This document shows, in pieces, positions 10,896-23,529 of a DNA stretch of 64,000 nt. Numbering within the stretch: the first letter of the stretch is position 1; each line of letters starts with the position of its first letter. Position numbers and translations under genes: made by a program. Location: NCBI RefSeq assembly GCF_017348835.2, contig NZ_CP071375.1; one strand, given 5' to 3'. This DNA comes from Escherichia coli (GTDB lineage Bacteria > Pseudomonadota > Gammaproteobacteria > Enterobacterales > Enterobacteriaceae). The notes beneath the pieces were generated by a model. It saw only the letters and a program-made list of their open reading frames with translations, did not search any database and was not told the origin of the DNA.

Positions 10896-12287
10896 ATGAA
10901 CTTTCCATTAATTGCGAACATCGTGGTGTTCGTTGTACTGCTGTTTGCGCTGGCTCAGACCCGCCATAAACAGTGGAGTCTGGCGAAAAAAGTGCTGGTG
11001 GGTCTGGTGATGGGTGTGGTTTTTGGCCTTGCCCTGCATACCATTTATGGTTCTGACAGCCAGGTACTTAAAGATTCTGTACAGTGGTTTAACATTGTTG
11101 GTAACGGCTATGTTCAACTGCTGCAAATGATCGTTATGCCGTTAGTCTTCGCCTCTATTCTGAGCGCGGTTGCCCGTCTGCATAACGCATCTCAGTTAGG
11201 CAAAATCAGTTTTCTGACCATCGGTACGCTTTTGTTTACCACGCTGATTGCGGCGCTGGTCGGTGTGCTGGTCACCAACCTGTTTGGTTTGACGGCTGAA
11301 GGTCTGGTTCAGGGTGGTGCAGAAACTGCACGTCTGAACGCCATCGAAAGTAACTATGTTGGTAAAGTCTCTGACCTGAGCGTTCCGCAGCTGGTCCTGT
11401 CCTTTATCCCGAAAAACCCGTTTGCCGATCTGACCGGAGCCAATCCGACGTCAATTATCAGCGTGGTAATTTTTGCCGCATTCCTCGGTGTAGCTGCGCT
11501 GAAACTGCTGAAGGATGATGCGCCGAAAGGTGAACGCGTCTTAACCGCTATCGATACCCTGCAAAGCTGGGTGATGAAACTGGTTCGCCTGGTCATGCAG
11601 TTGACCCCTTACGGCGTTCTGGCACTAATGACCAAAGTGGTTGCAGGTTCTAACCTGCAAGACATCATCAAACTGGGAAGTTTCGTTGTCGCGTCCTACC
11701 TCGGTCTGCTGATTATGTTTGCAGTGCATGGCATTCTGCTGGGCATTAATGGCGTGAGTCCGCTGAAGTACTTCCGTAAGGTATGGCCTGTGCTGACGTT
11801 TGCCTTTACCAGCCGTTCCAGTGCTGCGTCTATCCCACTGAATGTGGAAGCACAAACGCGTCGTCTGGGCGTTCCTGAATCCATCGCCAGTTTCGCCGCC
11901 TCTTTCGGTGCGACCATTGGTCAGAACGGCTGCGCCGGTTTGTATCCGGCAATGCTGGCGGTGATGGTTGCGCCTACGGTTGGCATTAACCCGCTGGACC
12001 CGATGTGGATTGCGACGCTGGTCGGTATTGTTACCGTTAGCTCCGCAGGCGTTGCCGGTGTCGGTGGTGGTGCAACTTTCGCCGCACTGATTGTGCTGCC
12101 TGCGATGGGCCTGCCAGTAACCCTGGTGGCGCTGTTAATCTCCGTTGAACCGCTTATAGACATGGGCCGTACGGCGCTAAACGTTAGTGGCTCGATGACA
12201 GCTGGCACGCTGACCAGCCAGTGGCTGAAGCAAACCGATAAAGCCATTCTGGATAGCGAAGACGACGCCGAACTGGCACACCGTTAA
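10896..12287 (+). CDS. ydjN: L-cystine / dicarboxylate:cation symporter-family transporter
   Basis: 463 aa polytopic membrane ORF recognised as YdjN (TcyP); AGGAGA Shine-Dalgarno upstream. Confidence 0.9.
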   Translation: MNFPLIANIVVFVVLLFALAQTRHKQWSLAKKVLVGLVMGVVFGLALHTIYGSDSQVLKDSVQWFNIVGNGYVQLLQMIVMPLVFASILSAVARLHNASQLGKISFLTIGTLLFTTLIAALVGVLVTNLFGLTAEGLVQGGAETARLNAIESNYVGKVSDLSVPQLVLSFIPKNPFADLTGANPTSIISVVIFAAFLGVAALKLLKDDAPKGERVLTAIDTLQSWVMKLVRLVMQLTPYGVLALMTKVVAGSNLQDIIKLGSFVVASYLGLLIMFAVHGILLGINGVSPLKYFRKVWPVLTFAFTSRSSAASIPLNVEAQTRRLGVPESIASFAASFGATIGQNGCAGLYPAMLAVMVAPTVGINPLDPMWIATLVGIVTVSSAGVAGVGGGATFAALIVLPAMGLPVTLVALLISVEPLIDMGRTALNVSGSMTAGTLTSQWLKQTDKAILDSEDDAELAHR

Positions 12288-12290
12288 TTC

Positions 12291-13094
12291 TTATGCTGGC
12301 AACGGCCCGTTTTGTATAGGGGCCGTTGCCTTACTTTTTAAATGTTCCATCGCGGCGATGCATACTGACTCATATTTAAACAGATCGTCAGCGAAAAAAA
12401 TGTCCAACTTATCAATACATTCCTGGCTCAATAAATGTGCCTGTAGCGAGAAGCTTAAAACCTCATACCCGAGACGTTTTCTAAGTGAAATATCTGAAAT
12501 ACTCATAATATCTTCAAGCACACCACTTCCCATTCCCGGAAGATTTAGTGGATTAAAAAGAAGATTGATATTAAGCATTGATATTATCGAAGGGAACTTC
12601 AGTAGATGCTCATTATTTTGAATCGCAGCAAAAATGCTCCCGGCAGGATGTATATAATTTTTTTCATAGTATATAGTCCTTAAATAATGAATAACCAACC
12701 TGTTTTTTATATTGATCAAATTGGTCATTTTTTCTGGGCGAAATACAGAAGTGACATCCATTCCAATAAAATCTTTATTTATACCTCTTATCCGAATTTC
12801 ACTACCATAAAGATTATTAATTATTACTTTATATTTAGCATTGTCCTGCAGATACGTATCAAAACTAAGTGCTGGCGCTCCTGGCTTTGAGGCATCAAAG
12901 TTAATGTTAGACATATAGGCAATCATATAATTAAAATTTGATTCTGCTATTTCATCGCAGTCACATTGACCCGTTGATATAAAGAAAGTGAGTGCTGTCA
13001 TAGTAGACTGCAGCCTTTCTTTAAAAGAGTCGAAAGCCAGGCTTTTAATATTTAAATCACCATAATTACTCTGTATTAAGTTTGTAGAAAACAT
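12291..13094 (-). CDS. ydjO: Uncharacterised protein YdjO (AT-rich gene)
   Basis: Track ORF of 271 aa; start set to the ATG at 13094 (MFSTNLIQSNYGDL..., 267 aa), preceded by a GAGGTG Shine-Dalgarno. Very low GC. Confidence 0.8.
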   Translation of the reverse strand: MFSTNLIQSNYGDLNIKSLAFDSFKERLQSTMTALTFFISTGQCDCDEIAESNFNYMIAYMSNINFDASKPGAPALSFDTYLQDNAKYKVIINNLYGSEIRIRGINKDFIGMDVTSVFRPEKMTNLINIKNRLVIHYLRTIYYEKNYIHPAGSIFAAIQNNEHLLKFPSIISMLNINLLFNPLNLPGMGSGVLEDIMSISDISLRKRLGYEVLSFSLQAHLLSQECIDKLDIFFADDLFKYESVCIAAMEHLKSKATAPIQNGPLPA

Positions 13095-13162
13095 CTCCCA
13101 CCTCATATTGAACCGCCCCGGAAATCCTGGAGACTAAACTCCCTGAGAAAGAGGTAAACAGG

Positions 13163-13489
13163 ATGACTAAAAATACTCGTTTTTCCCCCGAAGTCCGTCA
13201 GCGGGCGATTCGTATGGTTCTGGAAAGTCAGGATGAATATGACTCACAATGGGCGACAATTTGTTCCATTGCTCCAAAGATTGGCTGTACGCCGGAGACT
13301 CTGCGTGTCTGGGTTCGCCAGCATGAGCGGGATACCGGGGGCGGTGATGGCGGGCTCACCACCGCTGAACGTCAGCGTCTGAAAGAGCTGGAACGTGAAA
13401 ATCGTGAACTGCGCCGCAGTAACGATATCCTTCGCCAGGCTTCCGCTTATTTTGCGAAGGCGGAGTTCGACCGCCTCTGGAAAAAATGA
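13163..13489 (+). CDS. IS629-like transposase OrfA (helix-turn-helix / leucine-zipper part)
   Basis: 108 aa [26 protein letters not shown]...; recognised as IS3-family (IS629/IS1203 group) OrfA. Confidence 0.9.
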   Translation: MTKNTRFSPEVRQRAIRMVLESQDEYDSQWATICSIAPKIGCTPETLRVWVRQHERDTGGGDGGLTTAERQRLKELERENRELRRSNDILRQASAYFAKAEFDRLWKK

Positions 13490-14376
13490 TGCCACTGCTG
13501 GATAAGCTGCGTGAGCAGTACGGGGTCGGACCGCTATGCAGCGAACTGCATATTGCCCCGTCAACGTATTACCATTGTCAGCAACAGCGACATCATCCGG
13601 ATAAACGCAGTGCCCGTGCGCAGCACGATGACTGGCTGAAGAAAGAGATACAGCGCGTATACGATGAAAATCACCAGGTATACGGTGTGCGTAAAGTCTG
13701 GCGTCAGTTGTTACGGGAAGGTATCAGAGTGGCCAGATGCACTGTGGCACGTCTCATGGCAGTTATGGGACTTGCCGGTGTTCTCCGGGGTAAAAAGGTC
13801 CGCACTACCGTCAGCCGGAAAGCCGTTGCCGCATGCGACCGCGTAAACCGTCAGTTCGTGGCAGAACGTCCAGACCAGTTGTGGGTGGCTGATTTTACCT
13901 GGGTAAGCACATGGCAGGGCTTCGTTTATGTGGCGTTCATCATTGATGTGTTCGCCGGATACATCGTGGGATGGCAGGTCTCATCATCCATGGAAACAAC
14001 ATTCGTGCTGGATGCACTGGAGCAGGCGTTGTGGGCCCGTCGGCCGTCCGGCACAATCCATCACAGTGATAAAGGTTCTCAGTATGTATCGCTGGCCTAC
14101 ACGCAGCGGCTTAAGGAAGCCGGATTACTGGCATCAACAGGGAGTACTGGCGACTCGTATGACAACGCGATGGCGGAGAGCATCAATGGTCTTTACAAAG
14201 CGGAGGTAATACACCGTAAGAGCTGGAAAAACCGGACAGAAGTGGAACTGGCCACACTCACGTGGGTGGACTGGTATAACAATCGACGATTGCTGGAAAG
14301 GCTGGGCCATACTCCCCCGGCAGAAGCAGAAAAAGCTTATTATGCTTCCATCGGAAACGATGATCTGGCAGCCTGA
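13486..14376 (+). CDS. IS629-like transposase OrfB (DDE catalytic part), in the -1 frame relative to OrfA
   Basis: 296 aa ORF with DDE-integrase features (HHSDKGSQY..., conserved acidic residues), overlapping orfA by 4 nt (ATGA). Confidence 0.9.
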   Translation: MMPLLDKLREQYGVGPLCSELHIAPSTYYHCQQQRHHPDKRSARAQHDDWLKKEIQRVYDENHQVYGVRKVWRQLLREGIRVARCTVARLMAVMGLAGVLRGKKVRTTVSRKAVAACDRVNRQFVAERPDQLWVADFTWVSTWQGFVYVAFIIDVFAGYIVGWQVSSSMETTFVLDALEQALWARRPSGTIHHSDKGSQYVSLAYTQRLKEAGLLASTGSTGDSYDNAMAESINGLYKAEVIHRKSWKNRTEVELATLTWVDWYNNRRLLERLGHTPPAEAEKAYYASIGNDDLAA

Positions 14377-14695
14377 GTTCACAGATAAAACACTCTCCAG
14401 GAAACCCGGGGCGGTTCATATTGTTAACAAAATTATTATCTCATTTAAATCTAAGTCATTTACAATATAAGTTTAAGAGCGACGCCACAGGATGAACTAT
14501 CAAAAATAGCTCATCATGATTAGCAAAACTTAACCATTTTAAAATAAATAAACAATTAAAGAAAAAAGATCACTTATTTATAGCAATAGATCGTCAAAGA
14601 CAGCTTTTTGTTACAGGTGGTTTGAATGAATGTAGCAATGAAATACAGAATTTCAGGCCATGTAACTCCCGGCAAAACCGGGAGGTACGTAATCT

Positions 14696-14938
14696 TTACT
14701 CAGTCACTTCCCCTTCCTGGCGGATCTGATTTGCCCAACGCTGGGCGGATTCAGGCACAGTAAACGCCGGTGAGCGCAGAAATGACTCTCCCATCAGTAC
14801 AAACGCAACATATTTGCCACGCAGCATCCAGACATCACGAAACGAATCCATCTTTATCGCATGTTCTGGCGGCGCGGGTTCCGTGCGTGGGACATAGCTA
14901 ATAATCTGGCGGTTTTGCTGGCGGAGCGGTTTCTTCAT
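14696..14938 (-). CDS. cedA: Cell-division modulator CedA
   Basis: Track ORF of 87 aa; internal ATG at 14938 gives the 80 aa protein MKKPLRQQNRQIISYVPRTEPAPPEH... recognised as CedA. Confidence 0.8.
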   Translation of the reverse strand: MKKPLRQQNRQIISYVPRTEPAPPEHAIKMDSFRDVWMLRGKYVAFVLMGESFLRSPAFTVPESAQRWANQIRQEGEVTE

Positions 14939-15140
14939 TACTGGCTTCACTAAACGCATATTAAAAATCAGAAAACTGTAGTTTAGCCGATTTAGCCCCT
15001 GTACGTCCCGCTTTGCGTGTATTTCATAACACCGTTTCCAGAATAGTCTCCGAAGCGGGGTCTGGCTGGTGGTCTATAGTTAGAGAGTTTTTTGACCAAA
15101 ACAGCGGCCCTTTCAGTAATAAATTAAGGAGACGAGTTCA

Positions 15141-17402
15141 ATGTCGCAACAAAACGAAAAGAACCCACATCAGCACCAGTCACCACTACACGATTCCAGC
15201 GAAGCGAAACCGGGGATGGACTCACTGGCACCTGAGGACGGATCTCATCGTCCAGCGGCTGAACCAACACCGCCAGGTGCACAACCTACCGCCCCAGGGA
15301 GCCTGAAAGCCCCTGATACGCGTAACGAAAAACTTAATTCTCTGGAAGACGTACGCAAAGGCAATGAAAATTATGCGCTGACCACTAATCAGGGCGTGCG
15401 CATCGCCGACGATCAAAACTCACTGCGTGCCGGTAGCCGTGGTCCAACGCTGCTGGAAGATTTTATTCTGCGCGAGAAAATCACCCACTTTGACCATGAG
15501 CGCATCCCGGAACGTATTGTTCATGCACGTGGATCAGCAGCTCACGGTTATTTCCAGCCATATAAAAGCTTAAGCGATATCACCAAAGCGGATTTCCTCT
15601 CAGATCCGAACAAAATCACCCCAGTATTTGTTAGGTTCTCTACCGTTCAGGGTGGTGCTGGCTCTGCCGATACCGTGCGTGATATCCGTGGCTTTGCCAC
15701 CAAATTCTATACCGAAGAGGGTATTTTTGACCTTGTTGGCAATAACACGCCAATCTTCTTTATCCAGGATGCGCATAAATTCCCCGATTTTGTTCATGCG
15801 GTAAAACCAGAACCGCACTGGGCAATCCCACAAGGGCAAAGCGCCCACGATACTTTCTGGGATTATGTTTCTCTGCAACCTGAAACTCTGCACAACGTGA
15901 TGTGGGCGATGTCGGATCGCGGCATCCCCCGCAGTTACCGCACCATGGAAGGCTTCGGTATTCACACCTTCCGCCTGATTAATGCCGAAGGGAAGGCAAC
16001 GTTTGTACGTTTCCACTGGAAACCACTGGCAGGTAAAGCCTCACTCGTTTGGGATGAAGCACAAAAACTAACCGGACGTGACCCGGACTTCCACCGCCGC
16101 GAGTTGTGGGAAGCCATTGAAGCAGGCGATTTTCCGGAATACGAACTGGGCTTCCAGTTGATTCCTGAAGAAGATGAATTCAAGTTCGACTTCGATCTTC
16201 TCGATCCAACCAAACTTATCCCGGAAGAACTGGTGCCCGTTCAGCGTGTCGGCAAAATGGTGCTCAATCGCAACCCGGATAACTTCTTTGCTGAAAACGA
16301 ACAGGCGGCTTTCCATCCTGGGCATATCGTGCCGGGACTGGACTTCACCAACGATCCGCTGTTGCAGGGACGTTTGTTCTCCTATACCGATACACAAATC
16401 AGTCGTCTTGGTGGGCCGAATTTCCATGAGATTCCGATTAACCGTCCGACCTGCCCTTACCACAACTTCCAGCGTGATGGCATGCATCGTATGGGGATCG
16501 ACACTAACCCGGCGAATTACGAACCGAACTCGATCAACGATAACTGGCCGCGCGAAACACCGCCGGGACCGAAACGCGGCGGTTTTGAATCATATCAGGA
16601 ACGCGTGGAAGGAAATAAAGTTCGCGAGCGCAGTCCATCGTTTGGCGAATATTATTCCCATCCGCGTCTGTTCTGGCTAAGTCAGACGCCATTCGAGCAG
16701 CGCCATATTGTCGATGGTTTCAGTTTTGAGTTAAGCAAAGTCGTTCGTCCGTATATTCGTGAGCGCGTTGTTGACCAGCTGGCGCATATTGATCTCACTC
16801 TGGCCCAGGCGGTGGCGAAAAATCTCGGTATCGAACTGACTGACGACCAGCTGAATATCACCCCACCTCCGGACGTCAACGGGCTGAAAAAGGATCCATC
16901 CTTAAGTCTGTACGCCATTCCTGACGGTGATGTGAAAGGCCGCGTGGTAGCGATTTTGCTTAATGATGAGGTGAGATCGGCAGACCTTCTGGCCATTCTC
17001 AAGGCGCTGAAGGCCAAAGGCGTTCATGCCAAACTGCTCTACTCCCGAATGGGTGAAGTGACTGCGGATGACGGTACGGTGTTGCCTATAGCCGCTACCT
17101 TTGCCGGTGCGCCTTCGCTGACGGTCGATGCGGTCATTGTCCCTTGCGGCAATATCGCGGATATCGCTGACAACGGCGATGCCAACTACTACCTGATGGA
17201 AGCCTACAAACACCTTAAACCGATTGCGCTGGCGGGAGACGCGCGCAAGTTTAAAGCAACAATCAAGGTCGCTGACCAGGGTGAAGAAGGGATTGTGGAA
17301 GCTGACAGCGCCGACGGTAGTTTTATGGATGAACTGTTAACGCTGATGGCAGCACACCGCGTGTGGTCACGCATTCCTAAGATTGACAAAATTCCGGCGT
17401 AA
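15141..17402 (+). CDS. katE: Catalase HPII (large-subunit monofunctional catalase)
   Basis: 753 aa ORF recognised as KatE; catalase core motifs (RERIPERVVHARG-like, FDHERIPER) and C-terminal flavodoxin-like extension. Confidence 0.97.
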   Translation: MSQQNEKNPHQHQSPLHDSSEAKPGMDSLAPEDGSHRPAAEPTPPGAQPTAPGSLKAPDTRNEKLNSLEDVRKGNENYALTTNQGVRIADDQNSLRAGSRGPTLLEDFILREKITHFDHERIPERIVHARGSAAHGYFQPYKSLSDITKADFLSDPNKITPVFVRFSTVQGGAGSADTVRDIRGFATKFYTEEGIFDLVGNNTPIFFIQDAHKFPDFVHAVKPEPHWAIPQGQSAHDTFWDYVSLQPETLHNVMWAMSDRGIPRSYRTMEGFGIHTFRLINAEGKATFVRFHWKPLAGKASLVWDEAQKLTGRDPDFHRRELWEAIEAGDFPEYELGFQLIPEEDEFKFDFDLLDPTKLIPEELVPVQRVGKMVLNRNPDNFFAENEQAAFHPGHIVPGLDFTNDPLLQGRLFSYTDTQISRLGGPNFHEIPINRPTCPYHNFQRDGMHRMGIDTNPANYEPNSINDNWPRETPPGPKRGGFESYQERVEGNKVRERSPSFGEYYSHPRLFWLSQTPFEQRHIVDGFSFELSKVVRPYIRERVVDQLAHIDLTLAQAVAKNLGIELTDDQLNITPPPDVNGLKKDPSLSLYAIPDGDVKGRVVAILLNDEVRSADLLAILKALKAKGVHAKLLYSRMGEVTADDGTVLPIAATFAGAPSLTVDAVIVPCGNIADIADNGDANYYLMEAYKHLKPIALAGDARKFKATIKVADQGEEGIVEADSADGSFMDELLTLMAAHRVWSRIPKIDKIPA

Positions 17403-17410
17403 ATATGGAT

Positions 17411-17438
17411 AAGGTCACGTCCCCTGGGGAGTGACCTT
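17411..17438. terminator. Perfect 8-bp stem hairpin between convergent katE and chbG (possible bidirectional terminator)
   Basis: AAGGTCAC-gtcccctgggga-GTGACCTT, 9 nt after the katE stop and 11 nt before the chbG stop; no strong U-tract. Confidence 0.45.
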
Positions 17439-17448
17439 ACCACCTTAC

Positions 17449-18219
<771 letters not shown>

Positions 18220-19572
18220 TTAATGTGCTTTTTTAAGCTCTGCGATGCAGTCGGCAAAATTTGGCAGCCATTTCTCGTGCGCCAGAATCATCTCGCGTGC
18301 CAGCAGCTCAGCATCGCGATCGGAATGCACCAACGGACTAAGGTTTAGCGCCAGTAACACATCGTTAAATTCTCCGCTAAGTGCGGCGTTGCTGGCAGCA
18401 ATCTCGAAGCCTTTAATGGTGTGAATCAGCCCCATCACTTTATCATCGAAATGCGTAATGCGCGGATGTGGCGTCGCGCCATCGCGCCCCAGCGTACAGG
18501 TCATTTCTACCGCCCAGTCTGCTGGAATATTATCAATATGCCCATGATGCGGGATATTAACGTAATGTTCTGCTTGCTTGTCGTTGTAGATAGCGTTGAT
18601 CACTTCGCACGCTGCATCAGAGTAATAAGCCCCACCGCGCTGTTCCAGTTCTTTCGGCTTAACTTTCAACTCCGGGTTTTTATACAGCTCAAAAAGTTGT
18701 TTCTCGACTTTCTGTACTACCTGCGCTCGTGCGCCGCCTTTGTAGTATTCGCCCATTTCAATAGCCAGCATCTCTTTTTGCTTGAAGTAATAAAGCAAAT
18801 AAGAACACGGCAACAGATTCAGAGAACGAATTAAGCCTTCGCTAAATGGCAGATCGAAAATATTTTTAACGCCAGATGCTTTTAACTGCCCGGATGCCAC
18901 ACCATCAAGTAATTCGGCAAAGCGAGATTTGCCATTTACCAGCACATCCTTAATGAACACCATATGGTTGAGGCCGAACAGATCGATAGATAAATCATCG
19001 CTGTCTTTCAGCATCAGAACATCGCGAATAAACATCTTCATGCCGATCGGAATATTACACACGCCGATAAAACGTTTAAATCCGGTATGACAATAAACGG
19101 CTTCAGTGACCATTCCCGCCGGGTTAGTGAAGTTAATCACCCATGCATTCGGACAAAGTTCTTCGACATCTTTTACGATGTCAAAAATCACCGGAATGGT
19201 ACGCAGACCTTTAAACAGACCGCCCGCGCCGTTGGTTTCCTGACCAAGATAACCATGACTTAATGGAATACGTTCATCCAGTTCGCGCGCCGGTAATTGG
19301 CCTACGCGCAGTTGGGTAGTAACGAAATCAGCATCTTTCAATGCTTCGCGGCGATCCAGCGTTTTATAAAGCTTCATCGGGACGCCAGAGTTATCAATCA
19401 TCCGTTGGCAGAGATCGAAAATAATATCCAGTTTAGCTTTGCCACCTTCGACATCCACCAGCCATAATTCGCTGACCGGCAATTCGTGATAACGCTTAAT
19501 AAATCCTTCCAGTAACTCCGGGGTATAGCTGCTCCCGCCACCAATAGTGACGACTTTTAATTTCTGGCTCAT
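18220..19572 (-). CDS. chbF: 6-phospho-beta-glucosidase (glycoside hydrolase family 4, NAD/Mn-dependent)
   Basis: 450 aa ORF recognised as ChbF/CelF; N-terminal Rossmann motif VVTIGGGSSYTPEL. Confidence 0.95.
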   Translation of the reverse strand: MSQKLKVVTIGGGSSYTPELLEGFIKRYHELPVSELWLVDVEGGKAKLDIIFDLCQRMIDNSGVPMKLYKTLDRREALKDADFVTTQLRVGQLPARELDERIPLSHGYLGQETNGAGGLFKGLRTIPVIFDIVKDVEELCPNAWVINFTNPAGMVTEAVYCHTGFKRFIGVCNIPIGMKMFIRDVLMLKDSDDLSIDLFGLNHMVFIKDVLVNGKSRFAELLDGVASGQLKASGVKNIFDLPFSEGLIRSLNLLPCSYLLYYFKQKEMLAIEMGEYYKGGARAQVVQKVEKQLFELYKNPELKVKPKELEQRGGAYYSDAACEVINAIYNDKQAEHYVNIPHHGHIDNIPADWAVEMTCTLGRDGATPHPRITHFDDKVMGLIHTIKGFEIAASNAALSGEFNDVLLALNLSPLVHSDRDAELLAREMILAHEKWLPNFADCIAELKKAH

Positions 19573-19676
19573 AATTTCTCCCTTCAGTACAGAATACTGA
19601 TATCTGGCATATCTGCCCCCCCGGACATAAATAATCCAGCAACAGGACAGATATGTGAATTGTCAGGTATAACGAC

Positions 19677-20519
19677 TTACTGATTAAATTCAGTCAATTT
19701 CTTACGATAGCTCTTAGGCGTAAAGGACGTTAATTTCTTAAACGTTTTAATAAACAAACTCGGGCTACTATAACCGGCCTCAAACGCAATATCCGTCACT
19801 GAATAGTTGGTCATTTCCAGTTGTTTTTTGGCAAAATTAATACGGATTTCATTAATAATCTGCATTGGCGTTTTGCCATAATATCGTTGAGTCGCTCGCG
19901 TCAAATATTCCTGTGATTTGGCTGACAACGTCACCATATTCTCCAGCGCCGATTCACTAAACTGCTCTTTATCATGCATCTTTTCTACCGTACTTTTCAG
20001 CCACTGCGGTACATCATCAATCACCTGTTCTTCGCGGTAATGACGTAAACGGTTAATGACATAAAAAGTAACCATCTCAACAAACTCTTCCAGCCCTGTT
20101 TCGCGGAAATTCAATGAAGAAATCACTGTTTCCACATAGGTGAGAAAAGCGTTATTGGTCCGGTATACCTGCGAAGCGACAAAGCAATAAGGCAACAACG
20201 GCAGGTAATGCTGCTCAAAAAAGCGTTTACTGATCCCAACGTTCAATATACGCGTGGCACCAAACTCATAAAAACTTTGATGGTGCGAACCTAACGGAAT
20301 AAAAACAAAATCGCCCCGTTCCAGTAACACGCGCTTACCGTTAATCTCCTGGAAATAACGCCCGGTTAATACCAGAGTAAATTCATAATAGTCGTGCTGA
20401 TGCAGTCCGCTGATACTCTCAGTTTTGTTATAGATAAACACATGGAAGTTTTTGCCATTAAACAACTGCTGTTCTCGGGCAGTGGCAATTTCCGGCGCGT
20501 TAATCACTGGCTGCATCAT
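19677..20519 (-). CDS. chbR: AraC-family dual regulator of the chb operon
   Basis: 280 aa ORF with C-terminal AraC-type HTH; recognised as ChbR. Confidence 0.9.
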   Translation of the reverse strand: MMQPVINAPEIATAREQQLFNGKNFHVFIYNKTESISGLHQHDYYEFTLVLTGRYFQEINGKRVLLERGDFVFIPLGSHHQSFYEFGATRILNVGISKRFFEQHYLPLLPYCFVASQVYRTNNAFLTYVETVISSLNFRETGLEEFVEMVTFYVINRLRHYREEQVIDDVPQWLKSTVEKMHDKEQFSESALENMVTLSAKSQEYLTRATQRYYGKTPMQIINEIRINFAKKQLEMTNYSVTDIAFEAGYSSPSLFIKTFKKLTSFTPKSYRKKLTEFNQ

Positions 20520-20526
20520 CGACTCC

Positions 20527-20877
20527 TTATGCCTTCAGTTTTTCATGAAGCTCAATTAATTCAGTAATCAGTTCACGCGCAAGCATGGACGTCATTAAAT
20601 GATCCTGAGCGTGGACCAGCACCAGACTCACTTTCATCTTACCTTCGCCCGCATCGCCTTCAATCAGTTTCGTCTGTACCAGATGCGCTTCATTCAATGC
20701 CATCCGTGACTGATCCATCATGGCTTTTGCTGCGGCAAAATCGCCCTGCTTCGCCTGTTTCAGTGCCGCATACGCCAGGCTGCGCGCTTGTCCGGAGTTG
20801 ATGATAAGCCCCATCACCACTTCTTCCAGCTCTTCAGCTTCCGTTTGCGTATCGGGAATGTTATCGAGATCCATCAT
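20527..20877 (-). CDS. chbA: PTS chitobiose-specific EIIA component
   Basis: 116 aa ORF recognised as ChbA (lactose/cellobiose-family EIIA). Confidence 0.9.
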   Translation of the reverse strand: MMDLDNIPDTQTEAEELEEVVMGLIINSGQARSLAYAALKQAKQGDFAAAKAMMDQSRMALNEAHLVQTKLIEGDAGEGKMKVSLVLVHAQDHLMTSMLARELITELIELHEKLKA

Positions 20878-20927
20878 ACATCGTTCCTCTCTTTTCTTAC
20901 CGGCACGATTACCCGTACCGGCATCGA

Positions 20928-22286
20928 TTAAAATTTCAGGGCGTTAGCGATATCTTCTTCGCTCTCTTCTTTATCAATCGCATTTTGTGCTTTGTTAGCC
21001 ACCACAACAAAGGGCAGATAAATTAACGTTGCGATGCCAAGGTTGAAGAGTGCGACCAGCAATGCGGCGACGCTACCGTTGGTATTAAAGAAGGCTCCCA
21101 GACCGGTTGGCATGGTCCACGGTGCAATATTGGTCACCGGAGGAATAATGCCCATGTAGTACGCTGCGAGGGTGATTGCCGCCAGAATCGGTTGTACCAG
21201 TACAAACGGGATAAACATCACCGGGTTCATGATAATTGGCAGACCAAACAGAATCGGTTCGTTAATCTGGAAGATGCCGGACGGCAGCGCCAGTTTTGCC
21301 ACCTGACGATAATCAGCACGGCGAGAGGCGATAAAAATAGCCAGGATCAGGCCTAAAGTCGCACCACTGCCCCCAAGGAAAATAAAGGAGTCCAGCATCG
21401 GCTTGGCCCAGATATGGAAGGTCTTACCGGCTGCCAGCGCCGCTTCGACGGAACCATATTGCTGATAGGTCGCGATATTTTCCAGCGCCCACGGCGTCAT
21501 AATGCCGTTGTCCAGTGCGGTCAGCGCCAGCGCGCCATGAATACCGAAGAACCAGAGCAGTGGAACAAAGATCACATAGGCCCAGCCCACCACGCTACCC
21601 AACGATGCCAGTGGGGTTGAGATGGTATCCATAATGATCTGATGGAAGTTGGTGCCCCAGGTATTCAACGCCCAGGCAATAATCCCCATCACGGAAAGAA
21701 TAATAAAGCCGGGAATTAATGCCGAGAAGGAACGCGATACTGAAACAGGTACGCTGTCGGGCAGTTTAATGACCCAATTGCGGCGGACAATAAAGGTAAA
21801 CATTTCTGCCACCACCAGGCCAATAATAATCCCGGAGATGATATTCGCCCCACCTAACCAGTTTGCGCCAACCGCATAGGCCTCACCGACACTATATGGG
21901 GTGACGGTCATAAATGCTGCAACGGATAACAACCCAGCCGCCAGCGCATCGACTTTACGCTCTTCTGCCAGCGCCATGCCAATAAAGAACGGTGCCATTA
22001 AAGACATTATCCCTAATGTTCCGTTATATACGTTGCCGCCAATACCTTTCAGACCATTAAGTGTTTCAATGGTTGAGGCGTCGAGGCGAATACCTAAGGA
22101 ATAAAAAAACGACCCCTCCCCAAAGCTTAGAAAAACGTTGTTAATTAATACAAACATGGCCCCCGCAAGGGTTAACGGCATTAAGCGAATAAAGCCATTT
22201 TTGATTGCATTAACGTGTGGCTGCTTTCCTATTTTAACTGCAAAAGGGAGGAGTACCTTTTCAAGCGATGCAATAACATTACTCAT
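20928..22286 (-). CDS. chbC: PTS chitobiose-specific EIIC permease
   Basis: 452 aa polytopic ORF recognised as ChbC. Confidence 0.95.
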   Translation of the reverse strand: MSNVIASLEKVLLPFAVKIGKQPHVNAIKNGFIRLMPLTLAGAMFVLINNVFLSFGEGSFFYSLGIRLDASTIETLNGLKGIGGNVYNGTLGIMSLMAPFFIGMALAEERKVDALAAGLLSVAAFMTVTPYSVGEAYAVGANWLGGANIISGIIIGLVVAEMFTFIVRRNWVIKLPDSVPVSVSRSFSALIPGFIILSVMGIIAWALNTWGTNFHQIIMDTISTPLASLGSVVGWAYVIFVPLLWFFGIHGALALTALDNGIMTPWALENIATYQQYGSVEAALAAGKTFHIWAKPMLDSFIFLGGSGATLGLILAIFIASRRADYRQVAKLALPSGIFQINEPILFGLPIIMNPVMFIPFVLVQPILAAITLAAYYMGIIPPVTNIAPWTMPTGLGAFFNTNGSVAALLVALFNLGIATLIYLPFVVVANKAQNAIDKEESEEDIANALKF

Positions 22287-22370
22287 AGAAAAATACCCTT
22301 AAAAACCGCAATTTAAATATTGCGGTATTGATTTATGAAATAACTCTTTGACGGGAAAATTTAAAATAAA

Positions 22371-22691
22371 TTAATTTGCTGCGGCTTTTTTAATCGCTGC
22401 AACCGCAGCCTTAAGCACGCCTAAACCATCGACTTTGCCATAAAGCAGCGAGTCAATTACTTCAACCGGTTTGTTGGGTAACAAACGCTGGATTTCGGGC
22501 AACATATAAGCAATCTGCGGCCCTAATAACACGACATCGGCATTCTGACCTTTTTCACCAGCCAGTGTTTCCGGAAATGCTTCAATAATGACTGGAACTT
22601 CATATTTTTCTGCCTGTGCGCGCATTTTTGATACCAGTAAAGAGGTAGACATGCCCGCAGAACAAAACAGATAAATGTGTTTCTTTTCCAT
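22371..22691 (-). CDS. chbB: PTS chitobiose-specific EIIB component
   Basis: 106 aa ORF with active-site Cys near the N-terminus ([10 protein letters not shown]); recognised as ChbB. Confidence 0.9.
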   Translation of the reverse strand: MEKKHIYLFCSAGMSTSLLVSKMRAQAEKYEVPVIIEAFPETLAGEKGQNADVVLLGPQIAYMLPEIQRLLPNKPVEVIDSLLYGKVDGLGVLKAAVAAIKKAAAN

Positions 22692-22930
22692 AAAACTGCC
22701 CTCATCGACGATTATCTGTCAGCCAGACACTCCGCAAGCCTTAACCTGCTTCCATGCTCTGGGTAACTTGCGAAACCAACATGACTTTTTTTGTGGCTGA
22801 AAGGAGTATACGGTATAGACCTGAGCAATAGTATTTCTTTGACCTTATAAATTGTCTCTCCTTGACCTGCGGTTATGACCCTCTTCACATTTCGGGCAAA
22901 TAATTCGCGAAGATAATTAAGAACTCAGAC
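22692..22930 (-). promoter_or_regulatory. chb operon promoter / operator region (NagC, ChbR and CRP controlled; individual sites not resolved)
   Basis: Non-coding interval upstream of chbB; regulatory role assigned from established knowledge of the chb operon, not from motif matching. Confidence 0.4.
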
Positions 22931-22957
22931 CAAAAAAAACCGGCGCAATGGCCGGTT
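22931..22957 (-). terminator. Rho-independent terminator downstream of osmE
   Basis: On the minus strand: GC-rich stem (AAACCGGC / GCCGGTTT) followed by a run of 8 T, about 35 nt after the osmE stop. Confidence 0.65.
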
Positions 22958-22989
22958 TCCGTTGTTACTCAAGCTTTCAGACGAAGTGA

Positions 22990-23328
22990 TTACTTCGCAG
23001 CCTGTGGATCAGTGTCGTATTCAGCACAGGTCTGATAACCGGAGTTGATGACATGTCCGGTATCATCTAACGCGACAAAGTAGGTTTCTGCTTTACCATC
23101 ACGTTGACCCAGGATGTAGGTCTGGCAAGTACCACGAGCATGGATCATGCTCACTTCAGACGAAGGTTTACCCGCAATTTGTGCAACCTGCGCCCGGCTC
23201 ATGCCTTTTTTGACGTCTTTCACCACAGGCTGTACAAACTGGTCTTTGGTACGATCATAAGCCGTACAACCCGCCAGCATGGTTAATACCGCCGCTGCAC
23301 TCAGAATTCCTGCCATATTCTTGTTCAT
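22990..23328 (-). CDS. osmE: Osmotically inducible lipoprotein OsmE
   Basis: 112 aa ORF with lipoprotein signal peptide and lipobox (LAGC); recognised as OsmE. Confidence 0.9.
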
Positions 23329-23529
23329 ATTCCGTCCTCTTGTTTATCAGCGTGTTAGATAAGCCTGGAATACATTGGGCGCTTTTTCAAGCCCGTGAAC
23401 GAAACGGCTCCGCTTTCAGAGGATTCCTGTATGACGTTTTAACCACCATTCAGCCCGCTGTCGCTTGTCGTTTCAGTAGCAACGGGTTAGCTTTAAGGAA
23501 GTTTTGTCTTTTCTGTCTGGAGGGGTTCA

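Larger units (their letters stand above)
13109..14418 (+). mobile_element. IS629-like insertion sequence (IS3 family), complete 1310 bp copy
   Basis: Terminal imperfect inverted repeats TGAACCGCCCCGGAAATCCTGGAGA (left) and TCTCCAGGAAACCCGGGGCGGTTCA (right), with TG...CA ends. Two overlapping transposase frames inside. Flanked by a direct TAT repeat (13106..13108 and 14419..14421). Confidence 0.9.

Noticed and set aside
14668-14686. Hairpin CTCCCGG-caaaa-CCGGGAG downstream of cedA as its terminator
   Set aside because: The stem is good but no U-tract follows on the cedA strand, so it was not listed as a feature.
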